DNA of 64,000 bases from Planctomycetota bacterium (lineage in GTDB: Bacteria; Planctomycetota; UBA1135; UBA2386): assembly GCA_965223545.1 (NCBI GenBank), contig OZ245006.1, positions 224,001 through 288,000 on the forward strand, in the 5' to 3' direction. Positions 53,568-62,391 of the stretch are shown piece by piece; the first letter of the stretch is position 1, and the number at the start of each line of letters is the position of its first letter. The translations under genes and the position numbers were made by a program. The notes beneath the pieces are model-generated. The model searched no databases. It saw nothing but the letters and a program-made list of their open reading frames with translations, and was not told the DNA's origin.

Positions 53568-54207
53568 ATGTCCAACGACTTTCGCAACGAAGACATCGAT
53601 CAGCTCAACTCGTTCCTCCGCGGGTGAGCCTCCGGCGCCACGAATCGTCGAGCGGCGACAACATTCTCGAGGCGACGCCGCTGCCATGGCAACGTCGCCG
53701 CGGCGCCGGAGGCTCGGAGAGACAGTGCCTCCTGGCTCAGCGCGGCGGCGGATGGGTCCGGCCTTCCAAACCGTTCCGGCGAGAGCGGCATCCGAGTTTG
53801 GTTGCGGTCGTGGCCGCGCTGAGCTCGCCGCCGTCGAGACCTACGATCAGGCCCTGGAGAAGGCCGACCACGCGATCTCACAGTCGATTCTCCGGCACAA
53901 CCGCGGGTGCCATGCCGAGCGCGTCGACATGCTGACGGGCCAGATCCGCGAGCTCGGCGGCACGCCGGCCGACGGCAGCGGTGCGTGGGGCGCGTTCGCC
54001 CAGGCCATCCAGGGCGGTGCCAAGCTGTTCGGTGAGTCGACGGCAGTGGCCGCTCTGGAGGAGGGCGAGGACCACGGTCTGGCGAACTACTGCAAAGACC
54101 TCAGCGCGCTCTCGCCCGGCGCGCAGACCCTCGTACGTTCCAAGCTGCTGCCGGCACAGGAGCGCACCCACGACCAGGCGCGGCGGCTGAAGACGATCCT
54201 CGACTGA
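53568..54207 (+). pseudogene. DUF2383/PA2169-like four-helix-bundle gene interrupted by the TGAG element
   Basis: MSNDFRNEDIDQLNSFLRG (53568-53624) then TGA; resumes ELAAVETYDQALEK... at 53821, with 'GSGAWG', 'LEEGEDHGL'. Confidence 0.8.
53625..53823. repeat. TGAG-bounded structured ~200-bp element, copy 2
   Basis: Same conserved blocks as 50452-50656; long stems GAGCCTCCGGCGCC/GGCGCCGGAGGCTC and CTCAGCGCGGC/GCCGCGCTGAG. Confidence 0.8.
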
Positions 54208-54494
54208 GGGGCCGTCATCGGCGCGCGCGCGGCCACAGGCACGCACGCACCAGGTGCGCGGGTCCGCGGAGCGCGAAGTCCACCGCCGGGTGGTGCCCAA
54301 AGCGCGCGGCAATCAACGATCGGAAATGGTCGTCGAAATCGACCGTCGCGCGCGCCACGGCGCGCAGCTCCGCGACGACCGCGGAACCGGCAAGCCTGCT
54401 GGCCACCTCGAACGCCCATCGTCCCATGAGACGGCCATCGTCACTGGCAGGGCTTCGAGTTGAGTCGGGCGGGCACGCGGCGACTGCAGATTGG

Positions 54495-56063
54495 TCACGG
54501 ACACTTCCACACGACCTGCAAACCCCGCCTTCCGAACACGACGATCTCGTCCCGTCCACCGGCGAAGAAATCGGCAGTGGTCGCGCCGAAGGCCGAGATG
54601 CTGCCGACACCCGTCGGCCGATCGTGCCCGAACACCTCATTCCAGACGTACGGCAGCGCCGGATCGGAGCCGTCGAACCTCAGGCGCCACACCGAGTAGC
54701 GGTTGTGCGAGAACGAGAGCACCTCGTCGGTCGTGCCGCCGTCCCAATCGATGACTTGCAAGAGACCCCCGCGCGGGCCGACCGGCAAGGGCGTGCCGTT
54801 GTTGTTCGCGATCACCAACTCTTGCCCTCGGGCGTTCACCGTCACGGTGCCCGCGAAGTAGAGCGGCGGTCCCTTCGCCGCCGCGACGTAGTGGTAGCCG
54901 TCGAAGCCGAACGCGTCGGGCCCATCGATCAGCCGAGCGCTGACCGCCTGTTGCCCGTGGTAGATCGCCTCGGTCAGGTCGTTCTTGCGCGTGTTCTCCC
55001 AGATCTTCGCCGGTGCGCAGCCGGTGCCGCCCGCGGTCGTCAGCAGGTCGTAGCCGTCGTGCAGGATCAGCAACAGCGGCGCCGCGCCGGTGTTGCCGGC
55101 TGGGTAGTACGGCATCACGGTGTCGGCGTGGTTGTAGTTGCCGGTGTGATTGGTCAGGAACGAGATGCTGGTGCGGAAGTCCCAGCTGCAGTTGTTCCAG
55201 ACGTCGATGACGCCATTCTCGAGAATGTCTTCGTGGCCATCGCCGTTGACGTCGACGTGCTGCGGATAGTGCGTCGCCGCACCGGACGAGCCGCGCTGGA
55301 AGAAGGCGTTCAGCGCGCCGACTGCGTACTCGGCCAGCGCCATGCGGCCGGCCTGGGTACCGAACAGATAGACGTCGTCGGTCGCCGTTCCTCCGCGCAC
55401 GCGCGCGCTCTGCACGACGAAGTTCGAGCCGCCCGCGCCGCCGCCGGTGTTGTTGGCGTGAAACGTCCAAGCGGTGGCGAAGGTGTCGACGTCGACGGTG
55501 GCACCGATGATCGGCGTCGGCTCGCCAAAGATGGGATCCGCAGCGCCGGCTCCGGTCTCGATGATGACCAACCGCGACGACCCCGAGCCGGCACAGCCGC
55601 CGGCGTGGCCGATCACCGCAGCGACCTCGTTGCGGCCATCGCCGTCGAAGTCGGCGATGGCGGCGCTGTCGGTACCCCAATCGTGCTTGTACAGGTCACC
55701 GCACGCGTCGAAGTGGACCCACAGCACACTGGGCTGCGCCAGCATCGTGCCGGCGGCGTTCATCACCTTGACGGCCATCAGCAGTCGCTGCTCGGCCTGG
55801 AACAACAGGTCGGGTTGGCCGTCGTTGTCGATGTCGCCGATGCTGACCGCGATGGGCGTGTAGTTGGGCCGGCCCGCGGGCGCGGGCGGCATGCCGTTGG
55901 GATTGTTGACCGATTGCGCGCGCAAGGTGACGAACGCACCGGTGTTGGGAAAGCTGCTCTCGATCAGACCGCACGGCGCGGGAAACGCCTGTTGGGCCGC
56001 GAGCGAGAGGACAGGTGTACAGAGGAAGAACGCGGCGCAACGCGCGCGAGAGAGCGGACTCAT
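54495..56063 (-). CDS. Secreted beta-propeller protein with DxDGDG Ca-binding repeats (possibly rhamnogalacturonan lyase PL11-like)
   Basis: Signal peptide; 'GDIDNDGQPD', 'ADFDGDGRNE', 'H.PQHVDVNGDGHEDI', 'NHADT', 'ADFFAGGRDEIV'. Confidence 0.55.
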   Translation of the reverse strand: MSPLSRARCAAFFLCTPVLSLAAQQAFPAPCGLIESSFPNTGAFVTLRAQSVNNPNGMPPAPAGRPNYTPIAVSIGDIDNDGQPDLLFQAEQRLLMAVKVMNAAGTMLAQPSVLWVHFDACGDLYKHDWGTDSAAIADFDGDGRNEVAAVIGHAGGCAGSGSSRLVIIETGAGAADPIFGEPTPIIGATVDVDTFATAWTFHANNTGGGAGGSNFVVQSARVRGGTATDDVYLFGTQAGRMALAEYAVGALNAFFQRGSSGAATHYPQHVDVNGDGHEDILENGVIDVWNNCSWDFRTSISFLTNHTGNYNHADTVMPYYPAGNTGAAPLLLILHDGYDLLTTAGGTGCAPAKIWENTRKNDLTEAIYHGQQAVSARLIDGPDAFGFDGYHYVAAAKGPPLYFAGTVTVNARGQELVIANNNGTPLPVGPRGGLLQVIDWDGGTTDEVLSFSHNRYSVWRLRFDGSDPALPYVWNEVFGHDRPTGVGSISAFGATTADFFAGGRDEIVVFGRRGLQVVWKCP

Positions 56064-56168
56064 GGTGGAACTGCCTGGGGTTTCGAGAAAGCGCGAGCCG
56101 TCCTCGCGCGACATCCCGAACGCGCTCCGTGATCGGGGCCGAGTTTCAGAAACTCGAGCCCGCGCCCG

Positions 56169-57500
56169 TCACTCGGCAGTCGCCCATCGCTGCCACCGGC
56201 CACGTGCCTCGGTCAGATCCGTGCGCACCATGCGCAGATGCAGGCGGAGGTGATACAGCTCGTCGGCGTAGCCGAGCGGCACAGCGACGTCTGCCAGCTC
56301 GGAGTCGAGCTCGTCGAGCTCCTTGGCGGCGGCGGCGAGCCGCGCGCGATCGGCGCCCGCCGCGCGCAAGTCGGCTTCCAACGCACGGACGCGCTTGTAG
56401 TAGGTCAAGATGCGGCGCCGCACACGCCACCGGTACAGCGGGGGCGCCAGCCGCGCCAGCGGCAGCAGCAGCGTGAGCAGCGGCAGCGCCAAGATCTTCA
56501 GCCGGTCCACCGCCGCCGCGACTTGGAATGGCAGCACGCGAAACAACCACGACGGCCCGTGCTCCAAGGCGCGCAACCCCGCCTCGGACGGCGCGACGTC
56601 GAGCAGTCGCGCGCTCGGAAACGCGCCGGCTTCCTCCAACACACCCCGGCCACCGTAGTGGGCTTTCGCCGCCTCGACCAGCAGCGCCACGACGGCCGGA
56701 TGCAGCTCTTCCCGCGCCACCATCGTCGCGGCGGCCGCCACGGTGTGCACGTCGCGGGCGGGCAGATCACTGCCGAGATCGATCGCACCGCGCGGGATGC
56801 GCGCCGTCTGCAAGAACGGCAGGTGTCGACAGATGCCGGCGGCGCGGACCAGATCGGCCACCTCGATGCCGTCGGCGACCAGCAGGCGGCGCACGGTCTC
56901 ACTGCGCGGCGCGGCGACCAAGACCACCGCGTCCAGCGCGCCGTCGAGGAGCGCACTGCCGGCGTCGGCCGGGCCGCGGTCGTCGACCTGGAGGGCGGCC
57001 ATCGACACTCCGGCGAGTTCGAGCAGGCGCTCGCTCAGCGCCCTGCTGCCGCTGCCCGGCGCCCCGAGCGCGACCCGGCGGCCGGCGAGGTCTTCGAGCT
57101 GATCGATGGGCTCGCGACCGAAGACCCAGAGCGGCTCCAGGTACAGGCTGGCGACGCCGACCAGCCCCGGCTCGTCCGGCGCAGCCAAGCCGCCCTGCAC
57201 CAGACCGACGTCGATCTCGCCGGCGCGCAAGCGGGCCAGGTTGTCGGCCGACCCCGCGCTCTCGATCGGCACCGGCGTGATCCCCGCCGCCGAGAGGGCA
57301 GCGCCCAGCACCGCGCCGGCGGCTGCGTAACCGCCGCCCGCCTCACCGGTGCCGAGCCGCACCCGCTCCGGCGGCGGCGCGCCCGCGTAGCGCAAGGCCA
57401 CCGCGAAGCCCACCACGGTGAGCAACGTCGCCACGCCCCAAAGCCACCAAGCCTCGCGGCGCGCGGAACTCTCGGCGCGGTCGACCATCGGCCTGACCAT
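56169..57500 (-). CDS. TAXI-family solute-binding protein with N- and C-terminal membrane segments
   Basis: 'LGTGEAGGGY', 'SAGSADNL', 'SLYLEPLWVF', 'GAPGSGS', C-terminal 'PPLYRWRVRRRI...YADELYHLRLH'. Confidence 0.85.
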   Translation of the reverse strand: MVRPMVDRAESSARREAWWLWGVATLLTVVGFAVALRYAGAPPPERVRLGTGEAGGGYAAAGAVLGAALSAAGITPVPIESAGSADNLARLRAGEIDVGLVQGGLAAPDEPGLVGVASLYLEPLWVFGREPIDQLEDLAGRRVALGAPGSGSRALSERLLELAGVSMAALQVDDRGPADAGSALLDGALDAVVLVAAPRSETVRRLLVADGIEVADLVRAAGICRHLPFLQTARIPRGAIDLGSDLPARDVHTVAAAATMVAREELHPAVVALLVEAAKAHYGGRGVLEEAGAFPSARLLDVAPSEAGLRALEHGPSWLFRVLPFQVAAAVDRLKILALPLLTLLLPLARLAPPLYRWRVRRRILTYYKRVRALEADLRAAGADRARLAAAAKELDELDSELADVAVPLGYADELYHLRLHLRMVRTDLTEARGRWQRWATAE

Positions 57501-57565
57501 AGCGCTATGCAGAAGCGGAGCCACCGCGCTGCTGAAGCGTGGCGGCGGCCTTGAAAGACCCCGCT

Positions 57566-58036
57566 TCAGCGAGCCCCGTCTTGCGGCGCGCGGGTCGCCG
57601 GCGCGTGCACCTCCGGAGCGCACACCTCGCCCATCACGAGCTCTGCGTCCGGCGGCACCGGCGCCACCAGCTGCCCGGGCGTCGGGTCTCCCGCCCCGGC
57701 CGGTTCGACCGGCTGCCGCCGGCATGAGAACGCGCCGCACAACACCATGCCCAGCAACGCCGTCGTCCTGGCGAACGCACGCCGCGCCCGGTGCCGCAAA
57801 CCCACCGGGCAGTCCGCGGTCAGCACGGTGCCGTCGGCGCGGCGGAAGAAGCGGACACACAGCCGACCTTCGGCCTGCGCCACCAGGCGCTCGGCCGCGC
57901 TCCGGCTCATTCCGCTGAGGTTGTAGACGTTGCGCTCGCACTGCGCGCAGAAGCGCCGCCGGTCGTCGCCGGCCATCGCGCTCCAGTCAGCGCTGCACGG
58001 CGCGGCGACGCGCATCGAATCGAAGGTGTCGGTCAT
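57566..58036 (-). CDS. Hypothetical protein with N-terminal Cys-rich domain and TM segment
   Basis: 'PCSADWSAM.GDDRRRFCAQCERNVYNLSGM...LCVRF..R.DGTVLTADCP'. Confidence 0.75.
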   Translation of the reverse strand: MTDTFDSMRVAAPCSADWSAMAGDDRRRFCAQCERNVYNLSGMSRSAAERLVAQAEGRLCVRFFRRADGTVLTADCPVGLRHRARRAFARTTALLGMVLCGAFSCRRQPVEPAGAGDPTPGQLVAPVPPDAELVMGEVCAPEVHAPATRAPQDGAR

Positions 58037-58224
58037 GGTTGGGCAAGGCTGGGTCACAGTCGTCTCCTGTTGGTGTTCGGCAAGGCATCAACCACGGCCG
58101 GCGGCGCGGGTTCCCCGCCGTCCAGAATCGGGACCGACCGCGCCGCCGCCGACGGCGGCAGCCGGACGCCGAGGCGGTATGCTGGCAACGCGCGCCCCCG
58201 GCCCCTGACAGCCCGCTGCCGCCG

Positions 58225-59409
58225 ATGCACCGACCACCCCACCGGATCTTCGCCGCCCTGCTGCTCGCCGCCGCCGTTCTGCCCGCCCAGAAAGACGACG
58301 CTGAGAAATGGCGCGAGGACCCGCATACCCGAGGCGAGCGCGAGGCGTTGGACCGCGCCGGATACGTCAACCTCGGCCACTTCGCACTCGGCGACAACCA
58401 CAACAGCATGGACGTCGAGCACGTTCTCGGCGAAGAGGTCAAGATCCTGTGGATCGAGACCGCGCACTTCCGCCTGGGCTGCAACCTGCCCGAGTACAAG
58501 ATCACCGAACGCGAGGAACGCGACAAGATCGGCGCCGAGGTGCGCGCGCTGCGCGACATCCTGCCCCGCATTCCACGCCGCGTCCGCACGCTGTCGCCGT
58601 GGTTGCGGGCGCACCTCTACGCGTACCGGCTCGAGCAGCAGTACCAGGACTTCTGCGAGCGGCTCGGCGTCACCGATGCCGACTTTCCCGCCGAGGCCCC
58701 GATCCTGGGCCAGCCGTACAAGTTCCCCGTGCTGCTCTTCGAGAAGGCCAGCAGTGTCGGCCACTACGCCACCACGTTCATGGCGATGCAGCCGCCCGAC
58801 AACGCCGTGCGGCACTACTTCGACAACACCAAGGCGTTGGTGTTGGTGACCTGCACCGAGTTTGCCGGTGAGACCTTGAAGATCGACACCGCGATGCACT
58901 GCGAGGTGGCGTTCAACAACGCCCACAACATGGTCGACGCCTACCGCGGCTACCGCCACCGGATGCCGCACTGGTTCGGCCAGGGTTTGGCCCACTGGTA
59001 CCTGCGCCGCGTGAGCCCGAAGTACAACGTGTTCGCCGAGGAGGTGCGGTTCGACGCCCGGCCCAAGATGTTGTGGGACTGGCCGCCGAGGGTGCGGGCC
59101 CGCGTGGAGCACGGCGTGTTCCCGCCGGCCGCGGAACTCTTGCGGTGGCGCTACGAGGACGAGGCCAAGCTGGTCGACAGCATGTTCCTCTGGTCGCGGC
59201 TGGACTTCTTGATGAGCCTGGGTGACGAGCGGTTTCGCATTTTCCTACACCGCATGAAGGGGCGCATCCCCGCCGAGGGGTTCATGCCGACCGAGGAAGA
59301 AGTCCACAAGGAGCAGCTGCTCGCGATGGAGGAAGCCTGGCAGCTGACCCCGGAGCGGTTCGACGAGGATTGGGCGGCCTGGGTCCTCCAGACCTATCCC
59401 CGCAAGTGA
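58225..59409 (+). CDS. Secreted protein with degenerate gluzincin/DUF1570-like region
   Basis: Signal peptide; 'ETAHFRL'; 'FNNAHNMV...MPHWFGQGLAHWY' at the positions of HExxH...PxWxxEGxA. Confidence 0.6.
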   Translation: MHRPPHRIFAALLLAAAVLPAQKDDAEKWREDPHTRGEREALDRAGYVNLGHFALGDNHNSMDVEHVLGEEVKILWIETAHFRLGCNLPEYKITEREERDKIGAEVRALRDILPRIPRRVRTLSPWLRAHLYAYRLEQQYQDFCERLGVTDADFPAEAPILGQPYKFPVLLFEKASSVGHYATTFMAMQPPDNAVRHYFDNTKALVLVTCTEFAGETLKIDTAMHCEVAFNNAHNMVDAYRGYRHRMPHWFGQGLAHWYLRRVSPKYNVFAEEVRFDARPKMLWDWPPRVRARVEHGVFPPAAELLRWRYEDEAKLVDSMFLWSRLDFLMSLGDERFRIFLHRMKGRIPAEGFMPTEEEVHKEQLLAMEEAWQLTPERFDEDWAAWVLQTYPRK

Positions 59410-59524
59410 GCAAGGCGGCCGCTGGCCGAACCGCCCCGAGCCCTTGGCGCGGACGGCACCAGCAGTTACACTTTGGCTCCCCATAGGCGCCTGCCCGAGC
59501 CGAACTGACCCTGGAGGGTTTTCG

Positions 59525-60463
59525 ATGCGCGAGTCTCTGTTGAACGTGGTCCCGATCGCACTGGCTCTCGGCCTGCTCGCCGCACCGGCCACCTCGCAGT
59601 GATGAGCGGGCCCTTCGGCCTCCGGTTCGGGGGCCCCGAGTCCTGCGGCACCTGGTGGTGGCGGCCTCAACGGCCCACGACCCGGCGGCGGTCCGCCCGG
59701 CGCCGGCCCGATGACGGGCGGCGGCGCGCGCGGGGTGCCGATCTCCTTCGAGCGGCGCAAGACCAGTAAGGACCGTCTGCAGATCGACTGGGATTTCCCG
59801 GCCAGCCTGCAGATCGAGGACCAGACCGGTCAGCACACCGTCGTCGGCCAGCGGATGTACGCGCTGCCCCTCGACGAGGCCTTCGACCGCCTGGCGGCCG
59901 AGGATCTGCGCCCCCTGCTCGTGCTGCGCGAGTGCGGCCGTTGCGCCGGCACCGACGACGCGCTGCTGAGCCGGACGCTCGACAACGAGAAGACGCTGCT
60001 GCTGGCCAAGTTCTTCCACTGCGTCAAGCTCAAGGAGCACGTCGTCGAGGAAGACCACTCGTTCCACCGGCTGTTCGACGGTGATCGTCCACCGCACCTT
60101 CTGCTCGCCACGCACGACGGCGGCGTCATCGCGCCGCTGCCCGGCACCCAGTCGCAGAAGGAGCTGTGGCAGCACATGCTCAAGATCCTCGACCTGACCT
60201 ACGAGAAGGACGCCGAGCTCGCGGTCAAGGGCATGCTCAAGCTGCTGTCCCACTACGACCACTTGGACAGCATGGAGGACGGCTACCTCGAGCAAATGGA
60301 CATCGAGATCGAGCGCCGCGGGCCGAAGTCGCCCAAGCTGCGCCGGCTCAAGGCCAAGCTCGACACGATCCGCGAGAAGAAGGAAGCCGCGCTCGCTCGC
60401 GAGCAGGAGCTGCTCGATCTCGGCCTCAAGGCGGAGATCGCGGCCGACGCCCGCTCCAACTGA
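59525..60463 (+). CDS. Candidate secreted selenoprotein (Sec26-Sec27) with Gly/Pro linker and CxxC thioredoxin-like domain
   Basis: GGAGG SD at 59513-59517, ATG 59525, signal peptide MRESLLNVVPIALALGLLAAPATSQ, in-frame TGA TGA (59600-59605), then the same frame continues into ORF 59711-60463 ('RPLLVLRECGRC...PPHLLLATHDG'). Confidence 0.7.
59606..59635 (+). promoter_or_regulatory. Putative bacterial SECIS element
   Basis: 11-nt spacer GCGGGCCCTTC after the second TGA, then stem GGCCTCCG/CGGGGGCC with GTT loop; G and U fall at +23/+24 counting the U of the second UGA as +1. Confidence 0.65.
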
Positions 60464-60666
60464 GCGGCGCGTCCCCGCCGTCGGCCCGGCTCAGGGTCGG
60501 CGGCCCGCGCGGGCGGAACAGGCGAACCGGTGCGGTGACGCCCGGTCTCGCTGCGCGCTGCAAAAACTCGGCGAAATCCGCAAACCTTCGCGCCGCTCGG
60601 CAGAATGGGTCTTCGCCCTAGCGTCCGGCAACCAGGTGCCGGTGCGCGCAAACTCCGGAGACATAC

Positions 60667-61389
60667 ATGCTGCTCAAGGCCACCGCCGTCGGTTTCATCC
60701 TCGCGTCCACGCCGCTGTTCTTCGTCACCCCGCAGGACACGTTCACGGGAGACGACTCCCCCGCGGCCCTCGGCGACGGCAGCGCCGTCGCCGAGCTGCG
60801 CAGCCTGCGCGAACAGGTGGCCGCCATGCGCGGCGAGCTGCAGGTGATGCGGGAGCGCTGCGGCAGCTTCGCGCAGCAGCTGGAGGAGGCCCTCGACATG
60901 CTCGAGGCCGCGCAGACCACCGAGCGGCGCAGCTGCAGCCCGTCGCGCTCGCAGCGCCGCTCTCTGCTCAGCCAGTACCAGTGGATGCGCAAGTACGGGC
61001 ACGACGAGCGCGCCGGCCGAGCGCTCGCCCGCTTGCTCCGCACGGTCGGTGACGACCGCGACAACCTCAACCGCTTCTCCTGGCACTTGATGACCGAAAC
61101 GGCGACGCAAGGGCAGTTCGACGATGTCGCGCTCGTGCTCGCCGACCGCATGGTGAAGCACGGCCACTTGCGCCACAACCACTATGACACCATCGCGCTG
61201 GCGGCCTTCCTCAACGGCGATGTCGACCGGGCGATCACCATGCAGGGCGAGGCGGTCAAGCAGAAGAAGAACGACAGCGACTACCGCCGCCGTTTGCGCA
61301 CGTACGAGGCCTCCAAGCTGCTCGCCGCAGCGGCTCCGGAGAGCGCTCCTGACGTCGCCAAGCTGGTCGGCGAAGAAGAGGAGGAGTGA
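60667..61389 (+). CDS. Hypothetical secreted coiled-coil/TPR-like protein
   Basis: GGAG SD; signal-like N-terminus; coiled coil; 'YDTIALAAFLNGDVDRAITMQ' TPR-like. Confidence 0.7.
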   Translation: MLLKATAVGFILASTPLFFVTPQDTFTGDDSPAALGDGSAVAELRSLREQVAAMRGELQVMRERCGSFAQQLEEALDMLEAAQTTERRSCSPSRSQRRSLLSQYQWMRKYGHDERAGRALARLLRTVGDDRDNLNRFSWHLMTETATQGQFDDVALVLADRMVKHGHLRHNHYDTIALAAFLNGDVDRAITMQGEAVKQKKNDSDYRRRLRTYEASKLLAAAAPESAPDVAKLVGEEEEE

Positions 61390-61395
61390 ACCGAC

Positions 61396-62385
61396 TCAGC
61401 GCGGCGGCGGCCGCGTGATTCCCGCGGCCACCGCTTCGGCCAGCGCCCAAGCCGACTCCGGCGCACAACCCTCGGCCTTGTTGTTGACGACGACATAGGC
61501 TTCGCGCCCGGCGGCCAACGCCTCGCTGCACAACCGAGCCAGGCCGGCGCGGGCCCCCTCGTCCGGCGCCACGCGCCGATTGAAGGGCTTGTAGCGCGCG
61601 ACAGCATCGTCGTAGCGCAAGCCATGCCCGAGCATCCAACGCGCGACCAGCGGCGCGCCGGGCTGCGCGCCGACGACAGCGCTCTGCTCGTCCAACGAGG
61701 GCATCGACGGATGCACGCTCAGGCAATGCTGCGCGCCCGACGCCACCAACGCCGCCGCGTAGTCCGCGGTCAGCAGCGCCGCGTCGCGCAGCTCGACGGC
61801 ATAGCGCGGCCCCCGCGGCAGGGCCCCAAGAAAGGCACCGAGCGCTTCGGCGAACAACCCGGGCTGCCGCGTCGTCGATGCCCCTTGCGGGGGCAGCTGC
61901 AGCACCAGGGCGCCGGCGCGCGCGCCGAGCCCTTCGACGTAAGGGGCGACGACCATATCGGTGGCGAAGCCGGCGTCGAGGTACAACGCGTTGGGTTCGC
62001 CCCGCCCTCCGCCGGCCGCGCGCTGGTGCGGCGACAGGCACTCCGCAGCCATCTTCACCAGGAAGCGGAAGTCCGCCGGCGTGTCGTCGGCGTATGCGCG
62101 CAGCTCGTCGGCGGTGACCGGCGCGTAGAACGCTCGATCGACGCAGACGGTGCGCAGGAGCGGGTGGCTGGCGTAGGCAGCCAAGCCGTGCCGGGCCAGC
62201 GCCCGTTGGGGCTCGGCGTCCGCGTAGACGATGCCGCGCCAGCCGGGGAACGACCACGAACACGTACCCACCCGCAGCCCCGCCGGCGCGCGCCGCGCCA
62301 GCGCGCGCTGCGCCTCGCTCGGCGCGGCGGGCCGCACGGCAGGCTCGTCATCCGCCGGCCCGAACAGCAGCCCCTGGCGCGGCAC
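61396..62385 (-). CDS. DUF72 family protein
   Basis: 'VGTCSWSFPGWRGIVY', 'DRAFY', 'FRFLVK', 'LQLPP', 'YAVELR', 'VNNKAEG'. Confidence 0.9.
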   Translation of the reverse strand: MPRQGLLFGPADDEPAVRPAAPSEAQRALARRAPAGLRVGTCSWSFPGWRGIVYADAEPQRALARHGLAAYASHPLLRTVCVDRAFYAPVTADELRAYADDTPADFRFLVKMAAECLSPHQRAAGGGRGEPNALYLDAGFATDMVVAPYVEGLGARAGALVLQLPPQGASTTRQPGLFAEALGAFLGALPRGPRYAVELRDAALLTADYAAALVASGAQHCLSVHPSMPSLDEQSAVVGAQPGAPLVARWMLGHGLRYDDAVARYKPFNRRVAPDEGARAGLARLCSEALAAGREAYVVVNNKAEGCAPESAWALAEAVAAGITRPPPR

Positions 62386-62391
62386 CTGGAC

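Noticed and set aside
53622..53823. T4 gene 60-style translational bypass over the insert
   Set aside because: The take-off codon GGG has no matching landing codon before the resume point (GCT at 53818-53820).
53624..53823. Group II intron
   Set aside because: Too short, no recognisable domain V, and the ends do not fit GUGYG...AY.
59600..59605. Genome-wide UGA reassignment (Trp/Gly) as the explanation for the tandem TGA
   Set aside because: TGA terminates many conserved genes here at their expected ends (purC, purE, mtnA, thiC).
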